64,000 nt of DNA from Stegostoma tigrinum (lineage: Eukaryota): the NCBI RefSeq assembly GCF_030684315.1, contig NC_081366.1, positions 45,980,078 through 46,044,077 on the forward strand, read 5' to 3'. Below, piece by piece: positions 35,260-47,829 of the stretch (positions are counted from its first letter, which is position 1; every line of letters starts with the position of its first letter). The position numbers and the translations under genes were made by a program. Under the pieces are notes generated by a model. The model did not search any database and was not told the origin of the DNA. It saw nothing but the letters and a program-made list of their open reading frames with translations.

Positions 35260-36940
35260 TTAGAACAAAGAAAAGTTACAGCACAGGAACAGGCCTTTGG
35301 GCCCTCCAAGCCTGCACCAACATGCTCCCCATCACAACTTCAACCCCCCCCCCCCCCCCCCCCCACCTTTCCAGGGACCGTAAAACCTCCATTCCCATCC
35401 TTTTCATGTATTTGTCAAAATGTCCTTAAAATGTCACTACAGTATCTGCTTCCACTACCTCCCCCAGCATCAAGTTCCGGGCAACCACAACCCTCTGTTT
35501 CTTACAAAAAGAATTGCCTTGTACATCACCTTTCCTCTCACACTTTAAGCCTATACCCCCTAGTAACTGACTGTTCGACCCTGGGAACCAGCTTCCGACT
35601 GTCCACTCTGTCTATGCCCTTCATAATCTTGTGGACTTCTATTAGGTCTCCCCTCAACCTCTGCCGTTCTGGTGAGAGCAACCCAAGTTTCTCCAACCTC
35701 TCCTCGTAGCTAATGCCCACCGTACCAAGCAACATTTTGGTATATCTTTTCTCTACCCCCCCCCCCCCCCCCAAAAAAAAACCCATCATATCCTTTTGGT
35801 AGCGTGGCAACCAGAATTGAACAAAATATTCCAAATGCAGCCTAACTGAGGTTCTATAAAGCTGCAACATGACTTGCCAATTTTTAAACTCGGTGCCTCA
35901 GCTGATAAAGGCAAGTGTGCCTTATGTCTTGTTGACTACCTTCTTCACCAGTGTTGCCTTTCACCTGCGTTGCCACTTTGTTACCTATGTACCTGTACAC
36001 CTGATCCCTCTGCCTATCAGTACTCTTAAGGATTCTGCCATTTACTGTTTATTTTATCCATCTGGATTAGACCTTCTGAAATGCATTACCTTACATTTTT
36101 CTGGATTAAACTCCATCTGTCATCTATATCCTGTTGTATCCTCTGATGGTCCTCGTCACTCTGCACAATCGCAACAAACTTAGTGTCATCGGCAGACTTG
36201 CAAATGAAACCAGTTATGTTTTCCTCCAAATCACTTTTACATATATTATAAATAGCAACGGTCCCAACACTGATCCCGGAGGAATGCCACTATTCACAGC
36301 CTGCATTCAGAAATGCACCCTTCTGTATCAGTCTGCCATGACTGACGTTGTCAAAGGCCTTACTGAAGTCCATGCAGACAACATCCGCTGCCCTACCCTC
36401 ATCGATCATCATCTTCACTACCTCAAAAAAACTCAATCAAGTTAGTGAGACACAATCTCTTACTCATAAGACCCTGTTGCCTCTTGCTATCAGGCCCACC
36501 TATTTCCAAGTGGGAGTAAATTCTGTCTCAAAGAATCCTGTCCAATAATTTCCCTACTGTAACGCTTACTGGCCTGTAATTAACTAGATTATCCCTGCCA
36601 CCTTTCTTAAAGGAACAACATTGGCTATTCTCCAATCCTCTGGAACCACTCCTGTAGCCACTGAGGAAACAGATTTCTTTCAAGGCCCCAGCAATTTCCT
36701 TCCTTGCCTCTGTCAGTATTCTGGGGTATATCCCATCAGGCCCTGGGGACTTGTCTACCTTAATGTTTATCAAGACCCCAATACCTCCTCTCTTGATCTC
36801 AACATGATCCAAACTATCTACACACCCTTCCCCACCAAGACCTTCTCTATAATGAATGCTAACTCATTTAATATCTCACCCATTTCCTCTGGTTCTGCAC
36901 GTAAATTCCCTTCTCTGTTCTTGAGTGGGCCACCCTCTTG
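35260..36940 (-). mobile_element. Degenerate CR1-type LINE ORF2 3' part
   Basis: IKVDKSPGPDGIYPRIL; LQLYRTSVRLHLEYFVQFW...SYEERLEKLGLLSPERQRLRGDLIEVHKIMKG. Confidence 0.85.
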
Positions 36941-37055
36941 CTCTTTATATATATGTATAAAAATGATAATATATTAGATGATCTTGCCTAGTTTTGTGAA
37001 TTTGAAATTTTGGAAAGTAAGATATAAACTACTTCCAAACCTTACCCCATTTTAG

Positions 37056-37162
37056 AGCTTGAAGCAGAAGCTAACCTCCCAGAAGTAAAAAAGACTACTC
37101 TATCCAGAGAATTAATTAATTATGTTCGGCATATGATTGAGAACTACAAGGACAATTACAAG
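37056..37162 (+). CDS. NOP16: NOP16 exon 4
   Basis: tttAG acceptor; (E)LEAEANLPEVKKTTLSRELINYVRHMIENYKDNYK; donor |GTATGA; 107 nt, phase 1 to 0. Confidence 0.95.
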
Positions 37163-38169
37163 GTATGAAATATATATTGAAGTAGTTTAACACTGCTCAG
37201 CTTTAAGAAGGTGGAGTTGGCTGGATACAAACCTCACCAACAAAATATTAAACATAACTCCTTGACACAGACAAAGAAGTGGTGGGATATAGTGTTTCAT
37301 ATCAGCATAAATAGTTCCCATATTTCACAAACTAAGTTAAGATTGGAGCTAATTTTCTTCATTTAAAAAAAATAAATTAAATATTGGAACTGCACACATT
37401 CAGGCAAGTGGAGAGTATTCAATCACATTCCTGACTTGTACTATTACAGATGTATTTCGGGGAGACTGGAGGGGAGTTACATGCCACAAAGTTCTTAGCT
37501 TTTGATCTGGTCTTGTAGCCACAGTATTTTCTTAAGTCATTTGTGGGATCTGGGCATGCTGGCTAGGTTGACATTTATTGTCCATCTCTGATTGTCCAAA
37601 GGGCAGTTAAGAATCAATCACATTGCTGTGGGTCTGGAGTCAAATGTAGGACAGACCAGATAAGGACAGCAGATTTTCCTACGCTAAAGGACACTAGCGA
37701 ACCATTTGAGCTTTTACAACAATTAACAATGGTGACATAGTTCCCATTAGGTTAGCATTTTATTCCACATTGTTCTCTTATTGATTTTAAAATTACACAG
37801 CCTGTCATGGTGGGAGATTTGATCAAGGATGTCAGCATAGCTTTGTCAGAGGGATGATATGCCTTAAAAAAAATGATTGAATTTTTTGGAGTAGATGAGA
37901 TTAGTACAGTTGATGTAGTTTGTATTTTTATTTCTTTATTCATTAATGGGATGAGGGTGTCACTGGCTAGGCAGCATTTGTTGCCCATTCCTAATTGCCA
38001 AGAAGGCAGTTCAGAGTCAACCACATGTAGGCTAGGCCAGACCAGGGAAGGATGGCAGTTTCCTTCCCTAAAGGACATTAATGAACTAGAGGGGTTTTTA
38101 CAACAATCCACAATGGATTGATGGTCATCATTAGATTCTTAATTCTAGATATTTTATTGAATTCAATTA

Positions 38170-38870
38170 CTGAGTACTCTGAATGGCAGTACACTAGGAA
38201 GCTCAGAAGGACAGAGCAATAGTGAGTTGCTTGCCCACAGAGCCTTGTAGGCAGAAAGACAGGTTAGTTGGGTCGTTCAGAAGCTATATTGGACACTTGC
38301 CTTCATCAGTCATGACACACATAATAAGATCAGAGATATCAAATTAGAGCTGTACAAAACTTGTTAGGCCACAGCTGGGGTGCATTTCTGGTCACAGTAC
38401 AATGGTAAGGACATATTTGTACAGGATGGGATGGGATGGATGAGAGGAGATTCTCCAGGATGTTGCCTGGGATTGAAGACTTAAACTATGAGGAGAGGTT
38501 GGATATGTTTGGGTTGGTTTCTTGAGAACTAACTGATATGTAAGATTATAAAGGGGCGTAGACAGGTTGGATAGAAAGGAGCTATTCATCATAGTTAAAA
38601 AGGTCAAAAACAAGGAGTATAATTTTATGGCAAAAGGTAGGAGGTTTAGAGGGGATTTGAGGAAAAGAAACTTCAGAGATTGGAGAGAATCTGGAATGCA
38701 TTGCCTGGGAGGGTAATTAAGGCAGGAAATCTCACAACCTTTAAATAATACTTACGTGAGCACTTGAAATGTGACTGTATTCAAGACAATGGGTCAGAGA
38801 TTTGAAAGATGTAGATTTAATTGTTTTTGCCAATGCAGACTTGGTAAGACAAAAGGCCTTGTTTGTACTG
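38170..38870 (+). mobile_element. Degenerate CR1-type LINE 3' fragment
   Basis: LELYKTC-RPQLG / NYEERL remnants and a CR1-type 3' UTR. Confidence 0.65.
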
Positions 38871-38984
38871 ATTTTGAATAGATTGGGGTTTGGAGCTTGA
38901 ACTTTACATAAAGTATTTTTTAGGCACAGATGTAACTTTAAAAATCCAAGCCATTGAATAAATGCTTTTCACTCTCCTCTTCAG

Positions 38985-39125
38985 GCAATGGCAAGAGATG
39001 AGATGAATTATTACCAGGACACACCAAATCAAATCAAGAGAAAGATTGAATCTTACAAACGTTTTTATCCAGATGAATATAATGCTTTGGTGGATTCTGT
39101 GCAGGAAAAGATGGATGTATCTTAA
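38985..39125 (+). CDS. NOP16: NOP16 exon 5 (last coding exon)
   Basis: cttcAG acceptor; AMARDEMNYYQDTPNQIKRKIESYKRFYPDEYNALVDSVQEKMDVS* (MARDxxNYYQxTP Nop16 motif). Gives 176 aa if one A is restored in exon 1. Confidence 0.95.
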   Translation, partial: AMARDEMNYYQDTPNQIKRKIESYKRFYPDEYNALVDSVQEKMDVS

Positions 39126-42100
39126 ATGGCTTTTTTAAAGCAAATGGACTGTAGTATTCAGCAAACGCATTATCAGCCTCGAAAGGAATTTCTTCTGTAA
39201 TTCAATTCTTGCATACCATTCCAGCTGTAAATGACATGTGCATTCTCCAATGGATTATTCTTGTAACTTTTGAGGGACAGAACCTATTTCTCAATTTCTG
39301 TTCCCGGGAGTGGTATAGCCTGTCAGTTACCATTAAAATTATGGCTCTACAATTGCTTTCTTCACTGATTGAATTCTTTGAGACTTATAAATGTATTTTG
39401 AGAAACAATAGTATATAAAACCATAATGAAATTGTTCATAAAGTAATAGTTCAGTTTTTACATTGCATAAGTAGAAGGTTTTACCTCCATGTGTGGCCTG
39501 GCAGTTAATATCACTAATCATCATAAACTGTCAAGATCAGGGAGGTATTTCCTGGATTGTCTATTGTTGACTTTCAAATTGCTAACTTTAAATCTAGTTT
39601 GATGTTTTCTCCCAACAAAGATGAGAAGTAACCAGATGGCCTTTAGAATTAAAAAATGTGCTGATGGATACCCATAGATGATTTAAGGGCCATAAACAGG
39701 AGCCATGTGTATCATTATAAAATCCGATGTGGAATTGGGGTGAAACTTCACCTGAGAAAATGATTAAAATGTGAAACTTGCTGTCATGAGTAACAGAATT
39801 AATTTTGAGACATTTAATTTTTAGGGGGGAGAAAAAAAGAGAAACAAGTGCAACAGGAATACAAGAATGTGTGGTTAGCTTTAAAGAAGAGAAAGCTACT
39901 GTGTAAGCACAAACCATGTCGTAGATTTGCTGGATAGTATGGATTGTTACTGTGTCATACATACTCTTGTGAAAGAAAGCACAATTTAGCACCTTCAGCC
40001 TGCTCTACTACTCAACAGGATTAATCCAGATCACATTACAGCCTGAACTTCTTCACTTGCCTGTCCCCTATCCATAACCCTTCAACCTGTCATTAAGTCT
40101 GCCTCTCTCCTCGTATTTACTCAATGTGGCAACATCCACTGCATTCCAGAGATTCTTGACTCTTAAGAGAAGTAATTTCTCTTCAACTATCTTTCATCTG
40201 CTACCCCTTATCCCAAAGCTATTCTAGATTGTCTCAATAACAGGAAACATCCTCTCGACATCTAAATTTGTCAATCCCATTAGCATTTATTCTACCTCAA
40301 ACAGATCTCGTCATTCTTCAACCTCCAGAGAGTACAGACCTAAAAACTTACCATTCTGGCTGAAGATAAACCCCTTTTTTTTGGAATCAATCTAGTAAAC
40401 GACCTCTGAACTGCCCTCAATACAACCATATCCCTCAAGGGGACCAAAATTCTACCCAGTACTTTAGATGCAGTCTCACTAATGATTTGCATTGGTGCAA
40501 CTGTACTTCTTTATTTTTATGCTTAGTGATAAATGCCAAGATTCAATTTCCTACTTATCCACATTACACCATCTGCCAAATAAGGCCCCTTCACCTAACT
40601 TATACACATGCATTTCTAAATTTCTTACTACTTCAATGCAATTTACTTTCCAACTATTTTAGTATCATCTGCAAGTTTGGCCAAAGCATCTTCTATCCCT
40701 AATTAAAGTAACTTAATAAAGATTGTAAATAGTTGAGGTCCAACCTGTGGCAGCGCACTAGTTATGTCTTGCCAACCAGAAAAAGACCCCCAGTTTGTCC
40801 TGATCTACTTTCTGTTGGTTAGCAAATCTTCTAACCAAGTCAGAAGCTGCTCTATAGCTAGAGTTCCACAAAAACCCTCTGAATTAGCTGCAAGTCATCC
40901 AAGCAGCCAAGATAATAAATATCTAAAATTAGAAGCTTTAGAATTGCAGCTACAGAAAGCCTTACCGAGAACCTTTTGCTTTGCCAGAACTTCACTCAAA
41001 CGTTAAAGCATCTAAGAAATCACAGATCTGTCACAAAAAAAGACAATTTAGTCTTTTCATTGGAGAGATGAATGAGTGATACATTATTTTTGGGATGAAT
41101 GAGTGAGAATAAATATCCTTTGTCAATAAATATGGCTTAATGCATAAGAAACTTGCTATTTGAATAACTTAATTGGGACACTTACTCCAAGGGTACCTCT
41201 TACGTACAAAAATACTGATCATAAGCAGTAACAAAATCAGTCTGCCAGCATCTTGTTGAAATTGTCAATGCCATTAATTTAATTAGAACAGGTAGTTACT
41301 TGAATCCAGATACATTACAGGTAATGATATATTGAAATTGAATGTTATGTCAGAAAATCCAATTCTTATAAAGTCATTAATTCCAAATACATATTGTTAT
41401 GAGCAAATACCTTTTTTGAACTTGTGGAACTTTTATAATTGAAAATTTTTATTCTGCTATCAAAGTAAGCAACTTGTCAACTTTGGTAAACCCCATGTTC
41501 TGTATTGTGAATACGAATTTTGTTCAAGTTCATAAAAACATGTTTTTCATTTAAATTACTGTCACCTGGCAGTTCCACAGAAATCTACTACTATCTACAC
41601 ATTTGATTATCAGACAAAAATATTTTATATCAATGAATATTGTAAGAGCCTGGTAGAAAGACTGAAGCTTCAATAATACAACAAACACTGAGTAAAGTAG
41701 TATGAATTCTGACCCCAAATTGGAAAACAATGGGTAAGTCAAGATATGGAAGAAGGCTGACAAAATTTGTCAAATGATTTGCATTTTCCAAAATATTTGC
41801 ATTATTTGAAAGCTGTCGCTTTCACAATATTGTCACAAAGTATTTCAACTGTCATTGATTTTTATTTTTGAAGTTAAAAGGAAAGCACAGCACCCTATTT
41901 GCTGTATCTAATATAATCAAAGAACGTAGGTTAAACAAGTGATATTAATTTCACCAAATAATTCTTTAACATTAAGATTGCCAAAACTGTAACTTTACAC
42001 TTAAAAATGCTGAACTCAGTTGCCACAGAAGGTAGTTGTACCCAAGGACTGAAGAAAGTTCAGTTATGCATACTGGTATACATTTCTTATAAAGGTAAAT

Positions 42101-42228
42101 CTGTCACTTTCTTCTCATTTGCAATCTAAATAAATTATGAAAATGCAGATTAATTGTAGTTAAGTATTATGGTGCTATCTAGTAAGTAGATTTCTAACAA
42201 CCCTCTAGAAACATTAATTGATGTTTGT

Positions 42229-42408
42229 TCAGCTTTTCTGTGAAATCAATTGAATAATAAGTTCCTTAACATTGTGAATACTTTCAGGGATCTCCGTTCC
42301 ATCCTCAGTGACATTAGTTGCCATGAGGAAAAGCTTTTGTTCATAATTCCTGTCATGGAGTAGTAGTTTTCTATGAAGATCAGACATAGTAAGAGCTCCA
42401 TCAAGGTC
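42229..42408 (-). CDS. ARL10: ARL10 exon 4 (last coding exon; not in the ORF track in this frame)
   Basis: ttctccatAG acceptor at 42410-42409; DLDGALTMSDLHRKLLLHDRNYEQKLFLMATNVTEDGTEIPESIHNVKELIIQLISQKS*; supplies the D of the G4 motif. Confidence 0.88.
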   Translation of the reverse strand, partial: DLDGALTMSDLHRKLLLHDRNYEQKLFLMATNVTEDGTEIPESIHNVKELIIQLISQKS

Positions 42409-44849
42409 CTATGGAGAACATGAGAACAGTGACTGAAATATTTCAAAGCTATTTACTGAAGTGGTTGATGAATACAGCAAGTCTTCAGTGATTGGAAGAA
42501 ATGTGGAATCACAAGTCAAAATGTGTAATAAACACTAATAAGTAAAATACAAATTTATGTTATAATACAATAGTCAGCAAGATTTCAAAAGGAAAGGTCA
42601 TGCAGGATCAACCTTGAACTCATAATAGAACGTAAATAATGATAATGCAATAGATGTAATTGATTGGGATTTTCAAACAGCCTGACTTATGGTCAAGTGA
42701 ATAATGAGCTGGCTTAGACAAGTGAGAAGGGGGAAAATAGCTATTTCAAATCGCCACATTATGGGTTTCTTTCCACATGTCACACAACTGCATTGCATAT
42801 CCTCGATAAGGACTGGTGCCAAGACCACTTGTTCAAAAATTTACACGTACAATTTTAAAATTTATCAAAGATACCAATTTGGGATGATGCACAATAGAAT
42901 ACAGGCAACTATATCAGAGTGATATAGTAGTTTATAGAAGAAAGGGAGCTAACTGAGGATGCATTGGAATAACTGAGTTTAGAATTAGTAAAATTATAAG
43001 TGAGGGTTTCAACAAAAGGCGGAAGAACCTAAGTAATAGCATAGAAATAGAAGTAGGTAGTCTTTGTAATGAAGAAGATTTGAGATGGAAAGTTATCTTC
43101 AGTGTTGAATAGATCATCAGGTTTGTAAACTGTCTGGCTCTGTACTGGAGGAGGGATTTGAAGCAGTCATAACAGTATGGAACCTGAAGCAGAAGATGGA
43201 GTCGATGGGTTAGGACTTCCTAATATTTAGATGGAGGAAATGAATGCTCTTCAAAAATTGGCAGTCAAATCACATGGAGGAATTGAGTATGCTCTAAGGA
43301 AGTGGAAGCTGAGCCTTCTGTTATGGATGATGATAACAAAAGACAACAAAGATCAGGAAAAGGATAAGACCAAGGATGACATTTTAGGGCATGTCTCAGA
43401 AATTTTGTAGGAATGAGGGAGGAAAGCTCAATATAGAATTGATAGGTAAAAACAAAATTAAACAAAGGAATGCTTTAAAAGGACAGGGAATGTTAAGCAA
43501 AATCTTTCCAGAAACTGGAACACAAACTACACCATTTTTCCACAAAATCCGATAGCGAAAGTATTTTCACCAGTGAAATACAATTTATAGACATGACATG
43601 GATAATTCAATTAAAAATTGAACAAAATAAATAAAACAGGACAAGGAACCTCTTACTTACGATGATTGTAAATCTGATTATTTTATTCTTTCATGGGATG
43701 TGGGCATCGCTGACAAGGCTAGTATTGCCATCACCAATAGGATTGGAAGGTAATGGTGAGCTAACTTCCTGACCTGCTGAAGGCACACTCAGAGTCATTA
43801 GGAAGGGAATACCAGAATTTTAATCAGGGATAGTGAAAGCATGGTGATATAATTCCAAATTAGGATAATGCGTAGCTTGGAAAGAAACAGGTAGTAATGT
43901 TTCCATGTTTCTGCTGCACTTGTACATCTTCCTGGTAGAGGTCTCAGGTTTGAAAGGTGCTGTTTACAGAGCTTTGATAACTTCCTGCAGTACACTTTTA
44001 AAAACAAAACACACACACACACCAAATCAGTGGTGAAGGAATTAGAAATATTTTAAATTGATATCTACAGGGAGTGGGTGCAGATGTGGTATCTCCACCT
44101 GAGTTTAAAACAAGGGACAGAAATTCAGACTAATCTCAGTACAAGAGGTAGACAATACTGAGATGAAGGGGAATTTTATTGCTGAGAGTTGTGAATTAAA
44201 AGAATACTCTACTCTAGAGGGCTGTGTGAAAGTTTAATGTGTATGTTGAAGACACAAGTAGATAAATCTCTGGAGACTAATGATATCAAGGGATATGGAG
44301 GTAGATGTTCCGCCATAATCTAATTGAAATGCAGGGCAGTCCACAGATTGAGTAGCCTACTCCTGCTCCTGTGTTAAGTTGGTAGATGAGTGCAGGTCCA
44401 ACAGGCTGCTCTGGATGTTATGAACCTTCTTGAATGTTTTTGGAGCTGCACTCATTCCAGACAGATGGAAAGTATTCCATGATACTCTGGACTTGTGTCT
44501 TATATGATGGATGGGCTCTTGGCAACAAGGAGTGATTTTCGTTAGAACTTCTGGACCTGTTCCAAAAGGCACAGTATTCACATGGCCAGTCCAGTTCAGT
44601 TTCTAATCAACGGTAAGCCTAGGATGTTGACATTAGGGAATCAGCGATGGCACACTACTTAGTATCGAAAGGTGATGGTTAGAAATTCTCTTGTTGGAGA
44701 TCATTATTGCCTAGAATTTGCATGGCGTGTGCTGTGATGTCAATAATCAGTCCAAACCTAAATGCTGTCCATGTCTTGCTGCATTCATACATGGACTGCT
44801 TCAGTTCTGTAAATAGTGCTTCACATGGTGTATTCATCATTTAACATTT

Positions 44850-46460
44850 AACAAATAGTGATATCTTGAAACATGTCCATATTACAGAGGAGATGCTGGA
44901 TGTCTTAAAATACATAGCAGTGAATAAATCCCCAGGACCTGATCAAGTGTATTTCCAGAACTTTCTGGGAAGCAAGGGGAGAGATTGCTAGGCCTCTTGC
45001 CAAGATATCTGTATCATTGATAGCAACAGTGGAGGTGCCAGAAGAGTGGGAGTTAGCTAATGTGGGACCATCATTTAAGAAAATGATAAAGAAAAGCCAG
45101 AGAACTATAGACCAGTGAGTTTGAGGTCAGTGGATGGATTTTGAGGGACAGAATGTACATATATTTGGAAATGCAAGGACTGATTAGGGATAGTCAACAT
45201 GGATTTCTGTATGGGAAATCATGTCTCACTAATTTGATTGAGTTTTTTGAAGAAGCAGCAAAGAACATTGATGAAGGCAGAGCGGTGGACTATGTCTACA
45301 TGGACTTTAATAAGGCATTGGACAAGGTTCCATATGGTATATTGGTTAGCATGGCTAGATCACATGGAATACAAGGATAACTAACCATTCAGATACAAAA
45401 TTGATATGCCAGTATGAGACAGAAGGAAATGGTGGTGGGTTGCTTTTCAGACTGGAAGCCTGTGACCAGTGGTCCACCACAAGGATCAGCACTAGGTCAA
45501 CTACCTTTTGTCATTTACATAAATGATTTTGATATGAATATAGGAGGTGTGGTGTGTTTGCAAATCAAAATTCGTGATGTGTGGACAATGAAGGCTATCT
45601 CAAAATACAATGGGACCTTGATCAGATGGTCCAACGGGCTGAAGAGTAGCAGACAGAGTTTAATTTAAATAAATGTGATGTGTTGCATTTTGGGAAGGCA
45701 AATCAGGCCAAGAGTAATACACATTATGGTAAAATCCTGGGGAGGATTGCTGAACAAAGAGACCTCGAGTTACAGGCTCATCGTTCCTTGAACGTGGAGT
45801 CACAGGCAGACAGGGTAGTGAAGGCAGTATTTGGTATGCTTGCCTTAATTGGTTAGTGCATTGAGCATAGGAGTTGGTATGTCATGGTGCAGCTTTCCAG
45901 GACATTAGTTAGGTCACTTTTAGAATACAGTGTACAACTCTGGTTGTCTTTCTATAAGAAGGATGTTGTTCAGATTAAGAGAGTGTAGAAAAGATTTCCA
46001 AGGATGTTGCTGCGACTGGAGGGTTGGAGTTACAGGGAGAGACTGAATAGGCTGGTACTGCTTTCCCCCCGAAGTGGAGGCAGAGGGGTGATATTATAGA
46101 GGTTTATGAAATTATGGCAGTCCTGGATAGGGTGATTAGCCAAGGTCTTTTTCCCCCTCAGGATGCGGGAGTCCAAACTAGAGGACATAGTTTAAGGTAA
46201 GAGGGGAAAGATCTAAAAAGGGACCTAAGTCGCAACTTTTTCCACACAGAGGGTGGTACATGTATGGTATGAACTTCCAGAAGAAGTGGTGGAGGCTGGT
46301 ACAATTTACAACATTTAAAAGGCATCTGGATGGGTACCTGAATAGGAAGGGTTAGAGGAATTTAGGCCAAATGCTGGCAAATGGCACTAGATTAATTTAG
46401 GATATCTGGTTGACATGGATAATTTGGACTGAGGGTCTATTTCCAAACCGTATAACTCTA
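44850..46460 (+). mobile_element. Degenerate CR1-type LINE ORF2 3' part
   Basis: KSPGPDQVY; LIRDSQHGFLYGKSCLTNLIEFFEE...VYMDFNKALDKVP; WKPVTSGPPQGSALG-FVIYINDF. Confidence 0.88.
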
Positions 46461-46954
46461 TCCCTCTAGCATGAGGTCTAATGAAGGAAATGTTACTGAT
46501 GAAACAACTGAAGATGTTTGTTCCTTGGGCATCACTCTGAGGAACTCTTGTAACTGTGCTCCGTACGAGAACTGGTTTTCAATAACCACTCCATCTTCCT
46601 TTGTCGCAAGTATAGTTTGAATCAATGCAAAAATTTCCCCCGAATCCCACTAGCTTCAGTTTTACCAAAGGTCCTTGATGATGCACTTCGCAAAACACTG
46701 TTTCAATGTGAAGGGCAGTCACTCTCATGGCTCTCTCTCTTCAGAACGTACCAGCCACTAATTTGGAAAGTTGAAGAGATTCTCAGCCGATATAATGTGT
46801 ATCATACATTCGTGTCTTCTGGGAGAACAAGTCACGATTCCTCAAGATTAATTGCTTTCAGCGTGCGAGGCAAGGAAGCTTGCTGCTCATTGGTCCATTC
46901 TCATTTCTCCTAACCTTCTACCCACACACAGAACACCTCAGACAAACAAGTTAC

Positions 46955-47130
46955 CTGTTTGTGTGCTAATAGCAGTAGTGGCACCATTGGATCTTCTTTG
47001 AGCAGCCGATGCAGCTCCTGCCGAGCAAGAGGCAAACGTTCCTGGTCTGCAGAATCCACCACGTAAATCAACATTTGTGCTTTGTTCAGGTATAGATTCC
47101 AGTACGAGCGTAAATTGCAGCTACCACCAA
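46955..47130 (-). CDS. ARL10: ARL10 exon 3
   Basis: tttatAG acceptor; (I)GGSCNLRSYWNLYLNKAQMLIYVVDSADQERLPLARQELHRLLKEDPMVPLLLLAHKQ; donor CAG|GTAAC; 176 nt. Confidence 0.95.
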
Positions 47131-47829
47131 CTATAAAATAAAAACAGATCTTCAAGAAACAAATGCTGCAGTTTTCGGTTGAACAATAAAAAAAAGAAGA
47201 TAAAATAGGATAAACCAAAATATGTAACTCAAGTATACAGGTTTTCAAACATGGTAAAATATAAGCCTATTAATTGCTAAAAAAGGGCTTTACAATAGTC
47301 GTACCAGAGTGAATTCCCTTGTCTTTTCACGTCAATTTTGCTTAATTTAACTCTGCCTGCAAAGTCACATCTTGAAAATCTGCTAGTCTGCACTCAATGT
47401 ATAAAGACTCCAGGAAGAGGCTTTCTGAACTTCAAAATAAATCCTTCAAGGTTTTAACCAAACACTTCTGGTCTGAAACCTTTAAACTAAGCTCCTTATA
47501 ATGAAGTAACCTCTTTCTCAAACTATTCAGTGTAGGAGTCAGCATGCCACATTGCAACAGCACCACCCTAATTATTAAGTCTGCCGATAAAGTTAGGGTT
47601 GAATCTAAGCACACGGAGGGCAATCAGTTCAGAAGGAGATAACCTCTCCCCTCTTTAGTAAACTATCTTCCTTTCTCAGAAGTGAACGTTTTAAATCCAG
47701 CTTTAGCCAAGGCTCCTGCAAAACTGCCCAAACTGAAACTGAATAGGTTTTTTGTTCCCCTCCCAAATATGAAAAAAAGATCTGATTTTGTAAACCGAAC
47801 CTAACGTAACGTTCTTTCAATTTTTATTT

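Noticed and set aside
46490-46913. 98-aa ORF and slightly CpG-richer stretch next to ARL10 exon 3
   Set aside because: Non-ATG start, antisense to ARL10, and no recognisable motif or splice structure; cannot be supported.
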